Shown: positions 40,048 to 49,663, counted from the stretch's first letter. The stretch is 64,000 nucleotides of DNA from Microbacterium sp. (GCF_047607225.1 NZ_JASGDO010000067.1:3238-67237); one strand, 5' to 3'. The notes: generated from the letters alone by a model not told the origin. Numbers and translations: made by a program.

Positions 40048-41280
40048 ATGGTCCTCGATCTCCTCTCCGAACCCGCGGGTGCGCTCGCGCCGTGGCGCGA
40101 CCCGGAGGCGTACTGGACGGCCCGCAGCCGCGCGGTCGCGCCGCTGTCGGGGCCGATCGCGACGATCGATCTCGACGCCTTGCGCTACAACGCCCTCGAC
40201 CTCGTCGTCCGTTCCAGCGGAGTCCCGATCCGGGTCGCGAGCAAGTCCATCCGCGTGCGGGAGGTGCTCGATGCGACCCTGGCGCTCGACGGGTACGCGG
40301 GCATCCTCGCCTTCACCCTGCCCGAGGCACTCTGGCTTGCGCAGTGGTACGACGACATCGTCCTGGGATATCCGACGGCGGACCGTGCGGCGATCGCCTC
40401 GCTCGCCGCCGACGAGACGGCGGTTGCCCGCATCACGCTCATGGTCGACGACCTCGCCCAGCTCGACCTCATCGACGCGGTCGCCGCTCCCTCGCACCGC
40501 GGGACGCTTCGGGTGGCGATCGACGCCGACGCCTCGTGGCGGGCACCCGTGCTGGGGCACATCGGGGTGCGCCGGTCGCCCGTGCACGATGCCGCCGAAG
40601 TCTCCCGGCTCGCGCGGGGAATCGTCGCGCGGCCCGGATTCCGGCTCGTCGGCCTGATGATGTACGAGGCGCAGATCGCCGGTCAGCCCGACGACGTCGG
40701 CCCCGGCGACCCGGTGATCCGGTGGATGCAGCGGCGCAGCGACCACGAACTGCGTGACCGCCGCGCGGCGATCGTGGCCGCACTGCAGGAGATCGCACCC
40801 CTGGAGTTCGTCAACGGGGGTGGGACCGGCTCGCTGGAGTCGACCTCCGCGGACCAGGCGGTGACCGAGACAACGGCGGGGAGCGGGCTGCTCGCGGGCC
40901 ACCTCTTCGATGGCTACCGCGCCTTCGATCCGGCGCCCGCGGCAGCCTTCGCCCTCGAGGTCGTGCGCCGTCCGACCACCGACATCGCCACCGTGCTCGG
41001 TGGCGGCTGGGTGGCCTCCGGCCCGCCGGTGTCCTCTCGCCAGCCGCGTCCCGTCTGGCCGACGGGCCTGCGCACACTCGGACGCGAGGGCACCGGAGAG
41101 GTGCAGACCCCCCTGCAGGGCGCCAACGCCCGAGGCCTGCGCGTGGGGGATCGCGTCTGGTTCCGGCACGCCAAGAGCGGGGAGCTCGCCGAGCGCTTGG
41201 ATCGATACCACCTCACGCGGGGGTCGGAGCTGGTCGGCGAGACACCGACGTACCGGGGCGAGGGGAGGTCCTTCCTGTGA
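40048..41280 (+). CDS. Alanine-racemase-fold PLP enzyme (D-serine dehydratase / D-threonine aldolase-like family)
   Basis: N-terminal TIM-barrel with PLP-lysine context IRVASKSIRV. C-terminal beta domain. SD GAAGGAG. Confidence 0.75.
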   Translation: MVLDLLSEPAGALAPWRDPEAYWTARSRAVAPLSGPIATIDLDALRYNALDLVVRSSGVPIRVASKSIRVREVLDATLALDGYAGILAFTLPEALWLAQWYDDIVLGYPTADRAAIASLAADETAVARITLMVDDLAQLDLIDAVAAPSHRGTLRVAIDADASWRAPVLGHIGVRRSPVHDAAEVSRLARGIVARPGFRLVGLMMYEAQIAGQPDDVGPGDPVIRWMQRRSDHELRDRRAAIVAALQEIAPLEFVNGGGTGSLESTSADQAVTETTAGSGLLAGHLFDGYRAFDPAPAAAFALEVVRRPTTDIATVLGGGWVASGPPVSSRQPRPVWPTGLRTLGREGTGEVQTPLQGANARGLRVGDRVWFRHAKSGELAERLDRYHLTRGSELVGETPTYRGEGRSFL

Positions 41281-42590
41281 CGCGGCCCGGAGGCGCGTGG
41301 CGGAACTGGGCGCGCACCGAGAGCGTCCGCCCCCAGCGAGTGGAGTATCCGCCGACTCTCGATGCGGTCCGTCGCGCCGTCCGATCCGCCGCCGCGCGCA
41401 GCCTCGCCGTCAAAGCCGTCGGAGCCGGGCACAGTTTCAGCGGGATCGCGGTCGCTCCGGGCGTGCTGCTCGACCTCTCCGATCTGACCGGCATCGTCTC
41501 GGTCGACGTCGACCGGGGCCGGGTGCGGCTGTGGGCGGGGACCCGGCTCCATCAGATCCCGGCGCTGCTCGCACCGCACGCATTGGCCATGGAGAATCTC
41601 GGCGACATCGACCGACAGTCGCTCGCCGGCGCCCTGTCCACCGGTACGCACGGGACGGGCCTGGCGTTCGGGGGCATCGCGACGCAGGTGCGCGCCGTGA
41701 CCCTGGTCACCGCCGACGGTGAGCTGCTCACGATCGACGAGGATCACGAGCCCGAGCTCCTTCCGGCCGTCGCTCTCAGCCTCGGTGCGCTGGGCGTCAT
41801 CGTGGACGTGACGCTGCAGTGCGTGCCCGCGTTCGGGCTCCGAGCGGTCGAGCGCCCCGAACCGCTCGATGACGTCGTCGCTGGACTCCTCGGCCGCGCA
41901 GAGGCGGTCGACCATTTCGAGTTCTATTGGTTCCCCCATACCGATGTCGCGCTCACCAAGACCAACACCCGTCTCCCACCCGGCGAGCCGACGGCGCCCC
42001 TCCCGCCCGTGACGCGATGGATCGATGACGTCGTCGTCGGGAACGGCGTGCATCAACTGGTCTGCAGCGCGGGGAGGGTCGTGCCCCCACTCGTTCCCGT
42101 GATCAATCGGCTGTCCGCGCGGGTGTGGGGCGACCGGACCTTCTCCGACGCCTCGTCGCGCGTCTTCACGACGGCGCGGAGCGTGCGATTCCGCGAGATG
42201 GAGTACGCGGTTCCCCTCGAACGCGTCGCATCTGCCTTCACCGAGGTCCGAGAACTGGTGCGCGCCCGCGGATGGCGCATCGAGTTCCCGATCGAGGTGA
42301 GGACGGCCGCGGCGGACGACCTCTGGCTGTCCACTGCGTCCGGACGACGCACCGGCTACATCGCGGTCCACCGCTATTGGCGTGCCGACCATCGCGAGTA
42401 CTTCGCCGCGGTCGAGCAGATCATGCGCTCCCACGGCGGGCGGCCGCACTGGGGGAAGATGCACACCCGGACGGCCGACGACCTGCGGACCGAGTATCCG
42501 CGCTTCGACGACTTCGTGGCGCTACGCGACCGCCTGGACCCCGATCGGCGCTTCCGCAATGCCTATCTCGACCGCGTCCTCGGTGAGTAA
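41277..42590 (+). CDS. FAD-dependent D-arabinono-1,4-lactone / L-gulonolactone oxidase-family oxidoreductase
   Basis: PCMH FAD domain (VKAVGAGHSFSGIA) and ALO C-terminal domain (GRPHWGKMH). GTGA overlap with the upstream gene. Confidence 0.85.
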   Translation: MTRPGGAWRNWARTESVRPQRVEYPPTLDAVRRAVRSAAARSLAVKAVGAGHSFSGIAVAPGVLLDLSDLTGIVSVDVDRGRVRLWAGTRLHQIPALLAPHALAMENLGDIDRQSLAGALSTGTHGTGLAFGGIATQVRAVTLVTADGELLTIDEDHEPELLPAVALSLGALGVIVDVTLQCVPAFGLRAVERPEPLDDVVAGLLGRAEAVDHFEFYWFPHTDVALTKTNTRLPPGEPTAPLPPVTRWIDDVVVGNGVHQLVCSAGRVVPPLVPVINRLSARVWGDRTFSDASSRVFTTARSVRFREMEYAVPLERVASAFTEVRELVRARGWRIEFPIEVRTAAADDLWLSTASGRRTGYIAVHRYWRADHREYFAAVEQIMRSHGGRPHWGKMHTRTADDLRTEYPRFDDFVALRDRLDPDRRFRNAYLDRVLGE

Positions 42591-42637
42591 CGGCTGGGAG
42601 TGAGGCGGTCGCGGTTCGTGCGCCTTCGACGCCTGGA

Positions 42638-42643
42638 TAGGAT
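42638..42643 (+). promoter_or_regulatory. -10 box TAGGAT upstream of lemA (24-nt leader with SD GGGAG)
   Basis: TAnnnT hexamer in a locally AT-richer stretch. Confidence 0.35.
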
Positions 42644-42667
42644 GAGCACATAACCGTTGGGAGTGCT

Positions 42668-43234
42668 ATGGAGTGGCTGATCCCCGTCCTCATCGTCGTG
42701 GGACTCGTCGTCATCGTCGGAATCTACCTCTGGGCGACGTACAACTCGCTCGTGGCGCTGAACGTCCGCGTCGATGAGGCGTGGAGCGACATCACCGTCC
42801 AGCTGAAGCGTCGCGCCGATCTTCTGCCGAACCTGATCGAAGCGGTCAAGGGATACGCGGCGCACGAGAAGGCGGTCTTCGAGAACGTGACGCGCGCGCG
42901 GGCCGAGACCTTGACGGCCTCCACGCCCGCCGATGCCGGGGTGGCCGAGGGACACATGCAGCAGGCGCTCAAGTCGCTGTTCGCCGTCGCGGAGGCCTAC
43001 CCGCAGCTGCAGGCGAGCCAGAACTTCTTGCAGCTGCAGCAGGCCGTGGTCGACACCGAGGACAAGATCCAGGCGTCTCGGCGGTTCTACAACGGCGGAG
43101 TGCGTGAGCTCAACACGAAGATCAAGGTGTTCCCGAACAACCTTTTCGCGCGCAACCTCGGCTTCAGCGAGCGCGAGTTCTTCGAGGTCGTCGACGGCGC
43201 CGCCATCGCCGAGCCTCCGCGCATCCAGTTCTGA
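42668..43234 (+). CDS. lemA: LemA family protein
   Basis: N-terminal TM, then YNSLVALNVRVDEAWSDITVQLKRRADLLPNL..VKGYAAHE. Confidence 0.9.
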   Translation: MEWLIPVLIVVGLVVIVGIYLWATYNSLVALNVRVDEAWSDITVQLKRRADLLPNLIEAVKGYAAHEKAVFENVTRARAETLTASTPADAGVAEGHMQQALKSLFAVAEAYPQLQASQNFLQLQQAVVDTEDKIQASRRFYNGGVRELNTKIKVFPNNLFARNLGFSEREFFEVVDGAAIAEPPRIQF

Positions 43235-43273
43235 GGTCAGCGATGAGCGCCGCGGGAAACCGCAGGTGATGAG

Positions 43274-44158
43274 GTGTACTCGGCGATCGCGCGCAACAAG
43301 CGCAACACGTGGTTCATCCTCATCGGATTCGTGCTCGTGCTCGGGGCGATCGGTCTGCTGGCGGGCTGGTTGGCCGGCAACAATTGGTGGATCACCGCCT
43401 TCGTCCTGATCTTCTCGGCCGGGTACGCGACGGTGCAGTACTTCGTCGCCGACAAAGAGGCTCTCGCTCTCGCCGGCGCCCAACCGGTGACCCGCGAAGA
43501 GGCGCCCCGCTATTACCGTCTCGTCGAGAACCTGTGCATCACCACGGGCACCCCGATGCCTCGCCTCTACGTCGTGGACGACCCCGCGCCCAATGCGTTC
43601 GCGACGGGCCGCACGCCGGAAGAGGCCTCCATCACGGTGACGACCGGTCTGTTCGAGCTCATGACCGACCGGGAACTGGAGGGGGTGCTCGGCCACGAGC
43701 TCGGCCACATCCGCAACTACGACATCCGCGTCTCGCTGATCGTGTTCGGGCTCGTCGTGGCCGTCGGGATCCTCGCCGACGTCATGATGCGGGTCGCCTT
43801 CTTCGGAGGGCGGGGGCGCGGCAACAACCAGGCGCAGATCGTCTTCCTCATCTTCGGCGTCGTCGCGGCCGTCGTCGCGCCTCTGCTGGCCGGACTCGTG
43901 CAGGCCGCGATCTCGCGGCAGCGGGAGTACCTGGCCGACGCGACGAGCGCGCTCACGACGCGTGACCCCGACGGACTGGCATCGGCGCTGGCCAAGCTCG
44001 CCGATCAGGGTCGCCCTCTCGCGAAGGAGAGCACGTCGATGGCGCACTTGTGGTTCAGCGACCCCCTGCGTCCGGGGGCGATGTCACGCTTGTTCGCGAC
44101 GCACCCACCGCTGCCCGACCGCATCTCACGGCTGCACGAGATGGGCGGTCGCTTCTAG
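43274..44158 (+). CDS. htpX: M48-family zinc metalloprotease HtpX
   Basis: HEXXH in LGHELGHIRNYD, 4 TM helices, C-terminal THPP..RI. GTG start. Confidence 0.9.
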   Translation: MYSAIARNKRNTWFILIGFVLVLGAIGLLAGWLAGNNWWITAFVLIFSAGYATVQYFVADKEALALAGAQPVTREEAPRYYRLVENLCITTGTPMPRLYVVDDPAPNAFATGRTPEEASITVTTGLFELMTDRELEGVLGHELGHIRNYDIRVSLIVFGLVVAVGILADVMMRVAFFGGRGRGNNQAQIVFLIFGVVAAVVAPLLAGLVQAAISRQREYLADATSALTTRDPDGLASALAKLADQGRPLAKESTSMAHLWFSDPLRPGAMSRLFATHPPLPDRISRLHEMGGRF

Positions 44159-44196
44159 TCGTGTCGCGCGTTCCCGGTGACGCATACACCCGGTCG

Positions 44197-44202
44197 TAGA
44201 CT
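44197..44202 (+). promoter_or_regulatory. -10 box TAGACT, 6 nt before ATG 44209 (leaderless AI-2E transporter gene)
   Basis: TAGACTGGCGGGATG, nearly identical to the mfd promoter/start. Confidence 0.45.
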
Positions 44203-44208
44203 GGCGGG

Positions 44209-45411
44209 ATGACCGGCTCAGCCCCGAAGTCGTCGGATCCGAAGCCCCGCGGCACGTTCCGGGATGCGCTGCGCAATCGCACGGTCTCCACCGAGATCGG
44301 CGAGTCGATCCCGCGGGGGCTGCGGATCGCGACCGCCTACTCGTGGCGTTTCGTCGTCATCGCCGCCGCCTTCGCGATCTTCGTGTGGCTGGTCATCCAG
44401 CTGAAGCTCCTCGTCATCCCGCTGCTGGTCGCCCTGCTCATCACGGCACTGGTCTGGCCGGCCTTCACCTGGATGCTGCGCCACCGGGTTCCGCGGTGGC
44501 TGTCGCTCGTGATCAGCGTGCTCGGTACGATCGCGATCGTCTCCGGACTGCTCTACCTCGCGATCTGGCAGATCACACGCGAGTGGCCGCGCGTGCGTGC
44601 GAGCACCGAGGCCTCGGTCGGACAGTTGCGCCAGTACCTGATCGACGGTCCTCTGCATCTGACTGCTCAGCAGATCGACGATCTCCTCGCCCAGGCCGGC
44701 ACGTTCCTCCAGCAGCAGGCCGAGACGCTGTGGTCGGGAGCCCTTGCGATCGGATCCACGGTCGGGCACGTGGCGACGGGCGCCCTGCTCACTCTGTTCA
44801 TCCTGCTCTGCACGCTCGCCGACGGCAGTGGCATCTGGCGCTGGGTGGTGCGTCTGTTCCCCTCCGCCGCACGACCGGCGGTCGACGGAGCCGGTCACGC
44901 CGGATGGAAGACGGTCGTGACGTACGCCCGCACCCAGCTGTTCGTCGCGACGATCGATGCGATCGGCATCGGGCTCGGAGCATTCTTCCTGGGCGTTCCG
45001 CTGGCGATCCCGATCGGGGTCCTCGTCTTCCTCGGCTCGTTCATCCCGTTCGTCGGAGCGGTGGTCACGGGGAGCCTCGCGGTCTTCCTCGCGCTCGTCT
45101 ACAACGGTCCCTGGATCGCGCTGTGGATGCTCATCGTCGTGCTCGGCGTGCAGCAGCTGGAAGGGCACGTCCTGCAGCCCCTCATGATGGGCGCAGCCGT
45201 CAAGGTCCACCCGCTCGCGGTGGTGCTGGTGGTGGCCGGTGGCGCCATGATCGCCGGCATCCCCGGCGCGCTTTTCGCCGTGCCGCTGGCCGCATTCGTC
45301 AATGTCGTCACGCTGTACTTGTCGCGCCGTCAATGGGAGACCGGGGCGCGGCTGGGACCCGACGACCTGATCTGGAGTACCGTGCCCCGCGCGAAGAGGA
45401 GTGCCCTGTGA
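44209..45411 (+). CDS. AI-2E family (PerM/UPF0118) transporter
   Basis: About 8 TM helices with a family-typical C-terminal half (FIPFVGAV..G..QQLEGHVLQP..MG). Leaderless-looking ATG. Confidence 0.85.
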   Translation: MTGSAPKSSDPKPRGTFRDALRNRTVSTEIGESIPRGLRIATAYSWRFVVIAAAFAIFVWLVIQLKLLVIPLLVALLITALVWPAFTWMLRHRVPRWLSLVISVLGTIAIVSGLLYLAIWQITREWPRVRASTEASVGQLRQYLIDGPLHLTAQQIDDLLAQAGTFLQQQAETLWSGALAIGSTVGHVATGALLTLFILLCTLADGSGIWRWVVRLFPSAARPAVDGAGHAGWKTVVTYARTQLFVATIDAIGIGLGAFFLGVPLAIPIGVLVFLGSFIPFVGAVVTGSLAVFLALVYNGPWIALWMLIVVLGVQQLEGHVLQPLMMGAAVKVHPLAVVLVVAGGAMIAGIPGALFAVPLAAFVNVVTLYLSRRQWETGARLGPDDLIWSTVPRAKRSAL

Positions 45412-46652
45412 CCGACCCCCGCACCGCGACCCACCCGTCGCTTGCCGAGTTCCACGATGCCGCGGCGTTCCTCCGCGACGTCGCCGCGCGCACGCCGCTG
45501 GAGGACTCCGAGTTCCTCAGTGACGTCCTCGGTGTGCCGGTCTCCCTCAAGCTCGAGAACCTGCAGCGCACCGGGTCGTTCAAGATCCGCGGCGCGGCCT
45601 ATCGGATGTCGCGGCTGACCGACGACGAGCGCGCGCGCGGCGTGGTGGCCGCCTCCGCCGGCAACCACGCACAGGGTGTCGCCCGCGCCGCGCAGAAGCT
45701 CGGCATCCCGGCCACGATCTTCATGCCTCTCGGCGTTCCGGTGCCCAAGCTCCTCGCCACCCGCGGATACGGTGCCGAGGTCGTGCTGGAAGGCGCGACC
45801 GTCGAGACGCCGCTGCGGCTGGCGGCCGAGTTCGCCGAGCGCACGGGGGCCGTCCTCATCCACCCGTTCGATCACCGTGACGTCATCATCGGGCAGGGAA
45901 CCGTGGGTCTGGAGATCTACGACGAGGTGCCCGACGTCGAGACGGTGATCCTCGGCATCGGAGGCGGCGGCCTCATCGCCGGCGTGGCGGCGGCCATCAA
46001 AGCGCGCGCGGCGGCCGACGGACGCGTCGTACGGATCATCGGCGTCCAGGCGGCCAACTCGGCGCCGTATCCGATCTCGTTGGCGGCGGGGGAGCCCGTC
46101 ACCATCGAGACCACACCCACGATCGCGGACGGCATCGCGGTGGCCCGCCCGGGCGCGGCGCCGTTCGAGGTGATCCGGGACCTCGTCGACGAGGTCGTCA
46201 CCGTCACCGACGACGACATCGCGCGTGCCCTCCTCGTCCTCCTCGAGCGCGCCAAGCAGGTCGTGGAGCCCGCCGGCGCGGTCGGGGTGGCGGCCATCCT
46301 CTCCGGAAAGGTCGTGGCCAACGGCCCGACCGTCGTGATCCTCTCCGGAGGGAACATCGACCCGCTTCTGTTGCAGCGCGTCGTCGCCCACGGTCTCGCC
46401 GCCTCCGGGCGGTACATGACCCTCCAGATCCCGCTCCCGGATCGCCCGGGCCAGCTGGCCCGCGTCTCCGAGCTGCTGTCGGTGGCCGGGGCCAACGTCA
46501 TCGAGGTCCTGCACACCCGGCACGGACAAGGGCTCCAGATCAGCGAGGTGATCCTTCAGCTCAGCGTGGAGACCCGCGGCGAGGACCACCGCGCCCACGT
46601 GATCTCCGTCCTCGAAGACGCGGGCTTCCAGCCGCGGGTCGTCTCCGACTGA
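45408..46652 (+). CDS. ilvA: Threonine ammonia-lyase (short form, one ACT-like domain)
   Basis: PLP lysine in SFKIRGAAY, GGGGL glycine loop, C-terminal regulatory domain. GTG 45408 overlaps the AI-2E stop (GTGA). The upstream part of ORF 44343.. is out of frame inside the transporter gene. Confidence 0.9.
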   Translation: MTDPRTATHPSLAEFHDAAAFLRDVAARTPLEDSEFLSDVLGVPVSLKLENLQRTGSFKIRGAAYRMSRLTDDERARGVVAASAGNHAQGVARAAQKLGIPATIFMPLGVPVPKLLATRGYGAEVVLEGATVETPLRLAAEFAERTGAVLIHPFDHRDVIIGQGTVGLEIYDEVPDVETVILGIGGGGLIAGVAAAIKARAAADGRVVRIIGVQAANSAPYPISLAAGEPVTIETTPTIADGIAVARPGAAPFEVIRDLVDEVVTVTDDDIARALLVLLERAKQVVEPAGAVGVAAILSGKVVANGPTVVILSGGNIDPLLLQRVVAHGLAASGRYMTLQIPLPDRPGQLARVSELLSVAGANVIEVLHTRHGQGLQISEVILQLSVETRGEDHRAHVISVLEDAGFQPRVVSD

Positions 46653-46656
46653 CGGG

Positions 46657-47148
46657 CTACTGACCCGCGTAGGTCTCCACCTTGATGATCTCCACCGAGA
46701 TCTCGCGCCCGTTCGGGGCCGTGTACGAGGTCTTCGCCCCTTCCGCCAGTCCCAGGATGGCCGCGCCGAGGGGGGAGGCCTCGCTGTAGACGTCAAGCTC
46801 GGAACCGGCCGCGATCTCGCGGTTGCCGAGGAGGAACACCTCCTCACCTCCCGCAACGACGGCGGTGACGACGGTTCCCGGCTGCACGGTGCCGTCGGAC
46901 TCGGGTGCTTCGCCCACCTGGGCGTCCTTGAGTAGCTGCTGGAGGGTGCGGATGCGAGCCTCCTGCTTGCCCTGCTCGTCCTTCGCGGCGTGATATCCGC
47001 CGTTCTCCTTGAGGTCACCCTCCTCGCGGGCGGCTTCGATACGCTTCGCGATCTCCTCGCGGCCCACCGTCGAGAGGTGCTCGAGCTCCGCGGCGAGCCG
47101 GTCGTAGGCATCCTGCGTGAGGAAGGTCACAGTGCTGTCGCTGGACAC
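46657..47148 (-). CDS. greA: Transcription elongation factor GreA
   Basis: GTG 47148 with SD AGGAGA. FLTQDAYDRLAAELEHL coiled-coil N-domain and C-terminal globular domain. The extension to 47223 contains a TTA codon and is unlike GreA. Confidence 0.92.
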   Translation of the reverse strand: MSSDSTVTFLTQDAYDRLAAELEHLSTVGREEIAKRIEAAREEGDLKENGGYHAAKDEQGKQEARIRTLQQLLKDAQVGEAPESDGTVQPGTVVTAVVAGGEEVFLLGNREIAAGSELDVYSEASPLGAAILGLAEGAKTSYTAPNGREISVEIIKVETYAGQ

Positions 47149-47238
47149 GTCGTCTCCTAGGGGGAAGAGGCCCGATGGGATCGGACCTAAACCGAACGCC
47201 CCGGCAGCCGAGCCGGGGCGCATGAGTGTCGACTCAGC

Positions 47239-47640
47239 CTACGGGATCCAGCAGGAGGTGACCAAACCGGTCGTCGCGAGCGCTGTCGTCGGCACGGTCT
47301 CACTGAAGCGACGTGTGTGAGCGGGGTCGGCCGGATACTCCACGACCTTCCAGCCGACGATGCCGTGCTCGGTGTCCTGGGCCTCGATGGCGCAAGCCAC
47401 GGCGGTGTCGGGCTGCGCCGTGACCTGGAAATCGACCGTGATCTGATGGTCGTCGACCTTTCGGAAGCCCGTCGTGTCGTAGTCAACCTGATTCATCGTG
47501 CGGGCGATCGTCGTCCAACCGAGGTAGCCCACCAGCGCTGCCGCGATGACACCCAGAACGATCCACCGCGTTCGGCGGCTCCGGGCGGAGGAGCGCCCGT
47601 ACCGGTCGTCGAGCATCGCCTGCGTGGATTCGGTGGTCAT
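47239..47640 (-). CDS. DUF4307 domain-containing membrane protein
   Basis: N-terminal basic segment plus one TM (WIVLGVIAAALVGYLGW), then a beta-rich domain. Conserved partner upstream of greA in actinobacteria. Confidence 0.8.
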   Translation of the reverse strand: MTTESTQAMLDDRYGRSSARSRRTRWIVLGVIAAALVGYLGWTTIARTMNQVDYDTTGFRKVDDHQITVDFQVTAQPDTAVACAIEAQDTEHGIVGWKVVEYPADPAHTRRFSETVPTTALATTGLVTSCWIP

Positions 47641-47748
47641 CGTCTTCCGTCGGTCGTGGTCGCTCCCCGACGACGCGGTCGGGACGCGCGGAGGGATCTT
47701 CTAGGCTGGAGTTCCAGGCTATGCGCTCCGCGCGCAGAACGAGGACAG

Positions 47749-48027
47749 ATGTACGCGCTCCTGTGGCTCGCGACGGCGACTCCGACTCCTTCGCCGTCCC
47801 CGACCCTCATCGACCCCGACCGGGTCACTCCCGGCGTCGCCGGCTTCATCGGGATCGCGGTGATCGCGATCGCCGTCGTGCTCCTGCTGATCGACATGCA
47901 GCGACGCATCCGTCGGGCTCGCTACCGTTCCGAGATCGCCGAACAGCTCGACGCGGAGGCGGCGGACGCGCGGGATGGCGACGCCGACGGGACGAGCCTC
48001 ACCCCGCCCAGCCCAGCGAAGGAGTGA
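47749..48027 (+). CDS. Small membrane protein (92 aa), hypothetical
   Basis: Pro/Thr/Ser N-terminus, one TM (GFIGIAVIAIAVVLLLI), RRIRRARYR stop-transfer, acidic tail. SD-like GAGGAC 3 nt before the ATG (short spacing, so weak support). The 3' end overlaps the hemolysin III gene by 29 nt (convergent). Confidence 0.45.
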   Translation: MYALLWLATATPTPSPSPTLIDPDRVTPGVAGFIGIAVIAIAVVLLLIDMQRRIRRARYRSEIAEQLDAEAADARDGDADGTSLTPPSPAKE

Positions 48028-48730
48028 GGGGCGACAGCGCGATCAGCAGGCAGGCCGTCCAGTGGCACAGGAAGGCCAAGACCGTGCAGACGTGGAAGAT
48101 CTCGTGGAAGCCGAAATGCCCCGGCCACGGGTTCGGACGCTTGAGGGCGTAGACGATCGCCCCGCCCGTGTAGAGAAGACCGCCCACGATGACCAGGATC
48201 ATCATCGGCACGCTCGCCTGGAACAGGTCGACCATGTACATGACGGCCGCCCAGCCCAGCAGCAGGTAAAGCGCGACGTACAGCCAGCGCGGGGCGTTGA
48301 TCCAGAACACGCGGAAGAGGATCCCCAGGAGTGCCCCTGTCCACACGAGCGTGAGCAGGAGCACGCCCTTGTCGCGTGGGAGGGCGAGCACCGCGATGGG
48401 GGTATAGGTTCCCGCGATGAGGAGCAGGATGTTCGCGTGGTCGATGCGCTTGAGGACCGCCTTGGTCCGCGGGCCCCAGTGGAAGCGGTGATACAGCGCG
48501 GAGTTTCCGAACAAGAGGAGTGAAGTCGCCATGAACACCGCGCTGGCCCACTTGGCGGCCGCGCCGTGGGCGAGGACGATGAGCACGACTCCGGTGGCGA
48601 TGGCCACGGGGAAAGTCGCCGCGTGGATCCAGCCGCGCCACGACGGCTTCAGCTCGACCTGGGCGCCGGCCGCAGCGGCATCGAGGAGCGGGAGCTGAGG
48701 CATCTCAGCACCCTCGGGTGGGGTGGTCAC
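47999..48730 (-). CDS. Hemolysin III / PAQR family membrane protein
   Basis: 7 TM helices. Family motifs (NS..H..H; H..IFHV). GTG start 6 nt after -10 TAGGCT. Confidence 0.88.
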   Translation of the reverse strand: MTTPPEGAEMPQLPLLDAAAAGAQVELKPSWRGWIHAATFPVAIATGVVLIVLAHGAAAKWASAVFMATSLLLFGNSALYHRFHWGPRTKAVLKRIDHANILLLIAGTYTPIAVLALPRDKGVLLLTLVWTGALLGILFRVFWINAPRWLYVALYLLLGWAAVMYMVDLFQASVPMMILVIVGGLLYTGGAIVYALKRPNPWPGHFGFHEIFHVCTVLAFLCHWTACLLIALSPLTPSLGWAG

Positions 48731-48736
48731 GACCCG

Positions 48737-48742
48737 AGCCTA
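48737..48742 (-). promoter_or_regulatory. -10 box TAGGCT, 6 nt before GTG 48730 (leaderless hemolysin III gene)
   Basis: Minus strand reads TAGGCTCGGGTCGTG. Confidence 0.4.
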
Positions 48743-48814
48743 CGCCGCGCCGTATGCCCACCCTCACATACGCCCGCGCTGCGAAGAGCCCGTCGAGACG
48801 GAGGATTCCGAGTC

Positions 48815-49621
48815 GTGAGGGGTACGGTAGACCTCGTGACGGCGAACGGTTCGGGGGAGGGGCGCGGTCCCCTCTACCGGCTGTACATCTCTCGTCTGCG
48901 CCGACGTCTCACGCCGCAGACGGTCCCGCATCACGTGGCGATGATGATCGACGGTAACCGTCGATGGGCCCGTCAGGCCGGATATCCGACCGTCGCCGAG
49001 GGACACCGCGCGGGAGCCGCGAAGATGCGGGAGTTCCTCCGCTGGTGTGACGAACTGGGCATCCGGGTCGTGTCGCTCTACCTGCTGTCGACCGACAACC
49101 TCACCAAGCGCGACTCGCGCGAGCTCGCCGACTTGATCGAGATCATCGCCGAGCTGGCCGATGCCATCTCCCTCGAGCCCGAGTGGCGCGTGCAACACGT
49201 CGGCCGTGCCGATCTCCTCCCCACCGATCTCGCCCGCGCCTTGCGTACGGCCGAGGAGCGCACCGCCGGGCACCGGGGACTCCACGTCAACCTCGCGGTG
49301 GGCTACGGGGGGCGGAGCGAGATCGTCGACGCCGTCCGCCGTATCGTCGCCAAGCACCAGGAGCGCGGGGGATCGCTGGAGGAGCTGGCGGCTCACCTCA
49401 CTCCTGAGCAGATCGGAGAGCACCTGTACACGGGCGGTCAGGCCGACCCCGACCTCGTCATCCGAACGTCCGGCGAGCAGCGGCTCAGCGACTTCCTGCT
49501 CTGGCAGTCGGCCCACTCGGAGTTCTACTTCGTCGAGGCGTTGGGTCCCGACCTGCGGGAAGTGGACTTCCTGCGAGCGATCCGGGACTACGCCTCCCGA
49601 GACCGTCGCTACGGCGGGTGA
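48815..49621 (+). CDS. uppS: Isoprenyl transferase (cis-prenyltransferase, UppS family)
   Basis: HVAMMIDGNRRWA, IRTSGEQRLSDFLLWQSA. GTG 48815 with SD GGAGGA 9 nt upstream. The upstream part of ORF 48566.. is antisense to hemolysin III. Confidence 0.9.
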   Translation: MRGTVDLVTANGSGEGRGPLYRLYISRLRRRLTPQTVPHHVAMMIDGNRRWARQAGYPTVAEGHRAGAAKMREFLRWCDELGIRVVSLYLLSTDNLTKRDSRELADLIEIIAELADAISLEPEWRVQHVGRADLLPTDLARALRTAEERTAGHRGLHVNLAVGYGGRSEIVDAVRRIVAKHQERGGSLEELAAHLTPEQIGEHLYTGGQADPDLVIRTSGEQRLSDFLLWQSAHSEFYFVEALGPDLREVDFLRAIRDYASRDRRYGG

Positions 49622-49663
49622 GACCGTCGTCTCCGGCGGCGCGCCCCGTGACAGACTGGAAGG

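Noticed and set aside
39943-41211. N-terminal two thirds of the 691-aa minus-strand ORF 39136..41211
   Set aside because: It overlaps, in antisense, the well-supported PLP-enzyme gene 40048..41280 and has artefact-like composition. Only the 3' part from ATG 39942 has protein-like features (TM helix, balanced composition).
44343-45407. Upstream 355 codons of ORF 44343..46652
   Set aside because: This stretch is out of frame inside the AI-2E transporter gene. Threonine dehydratase homology begins only at GTG 45408, which overlaps the transporter stop.
47149-47223. 25-codon N-terminal extension of greA
   Set aside because: It contains an in-frame TTA and has no similarity to GreA N-termini. 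GTG 47148 has a good SD (AGGAGA) and gives a canonical 163-aa GreA.
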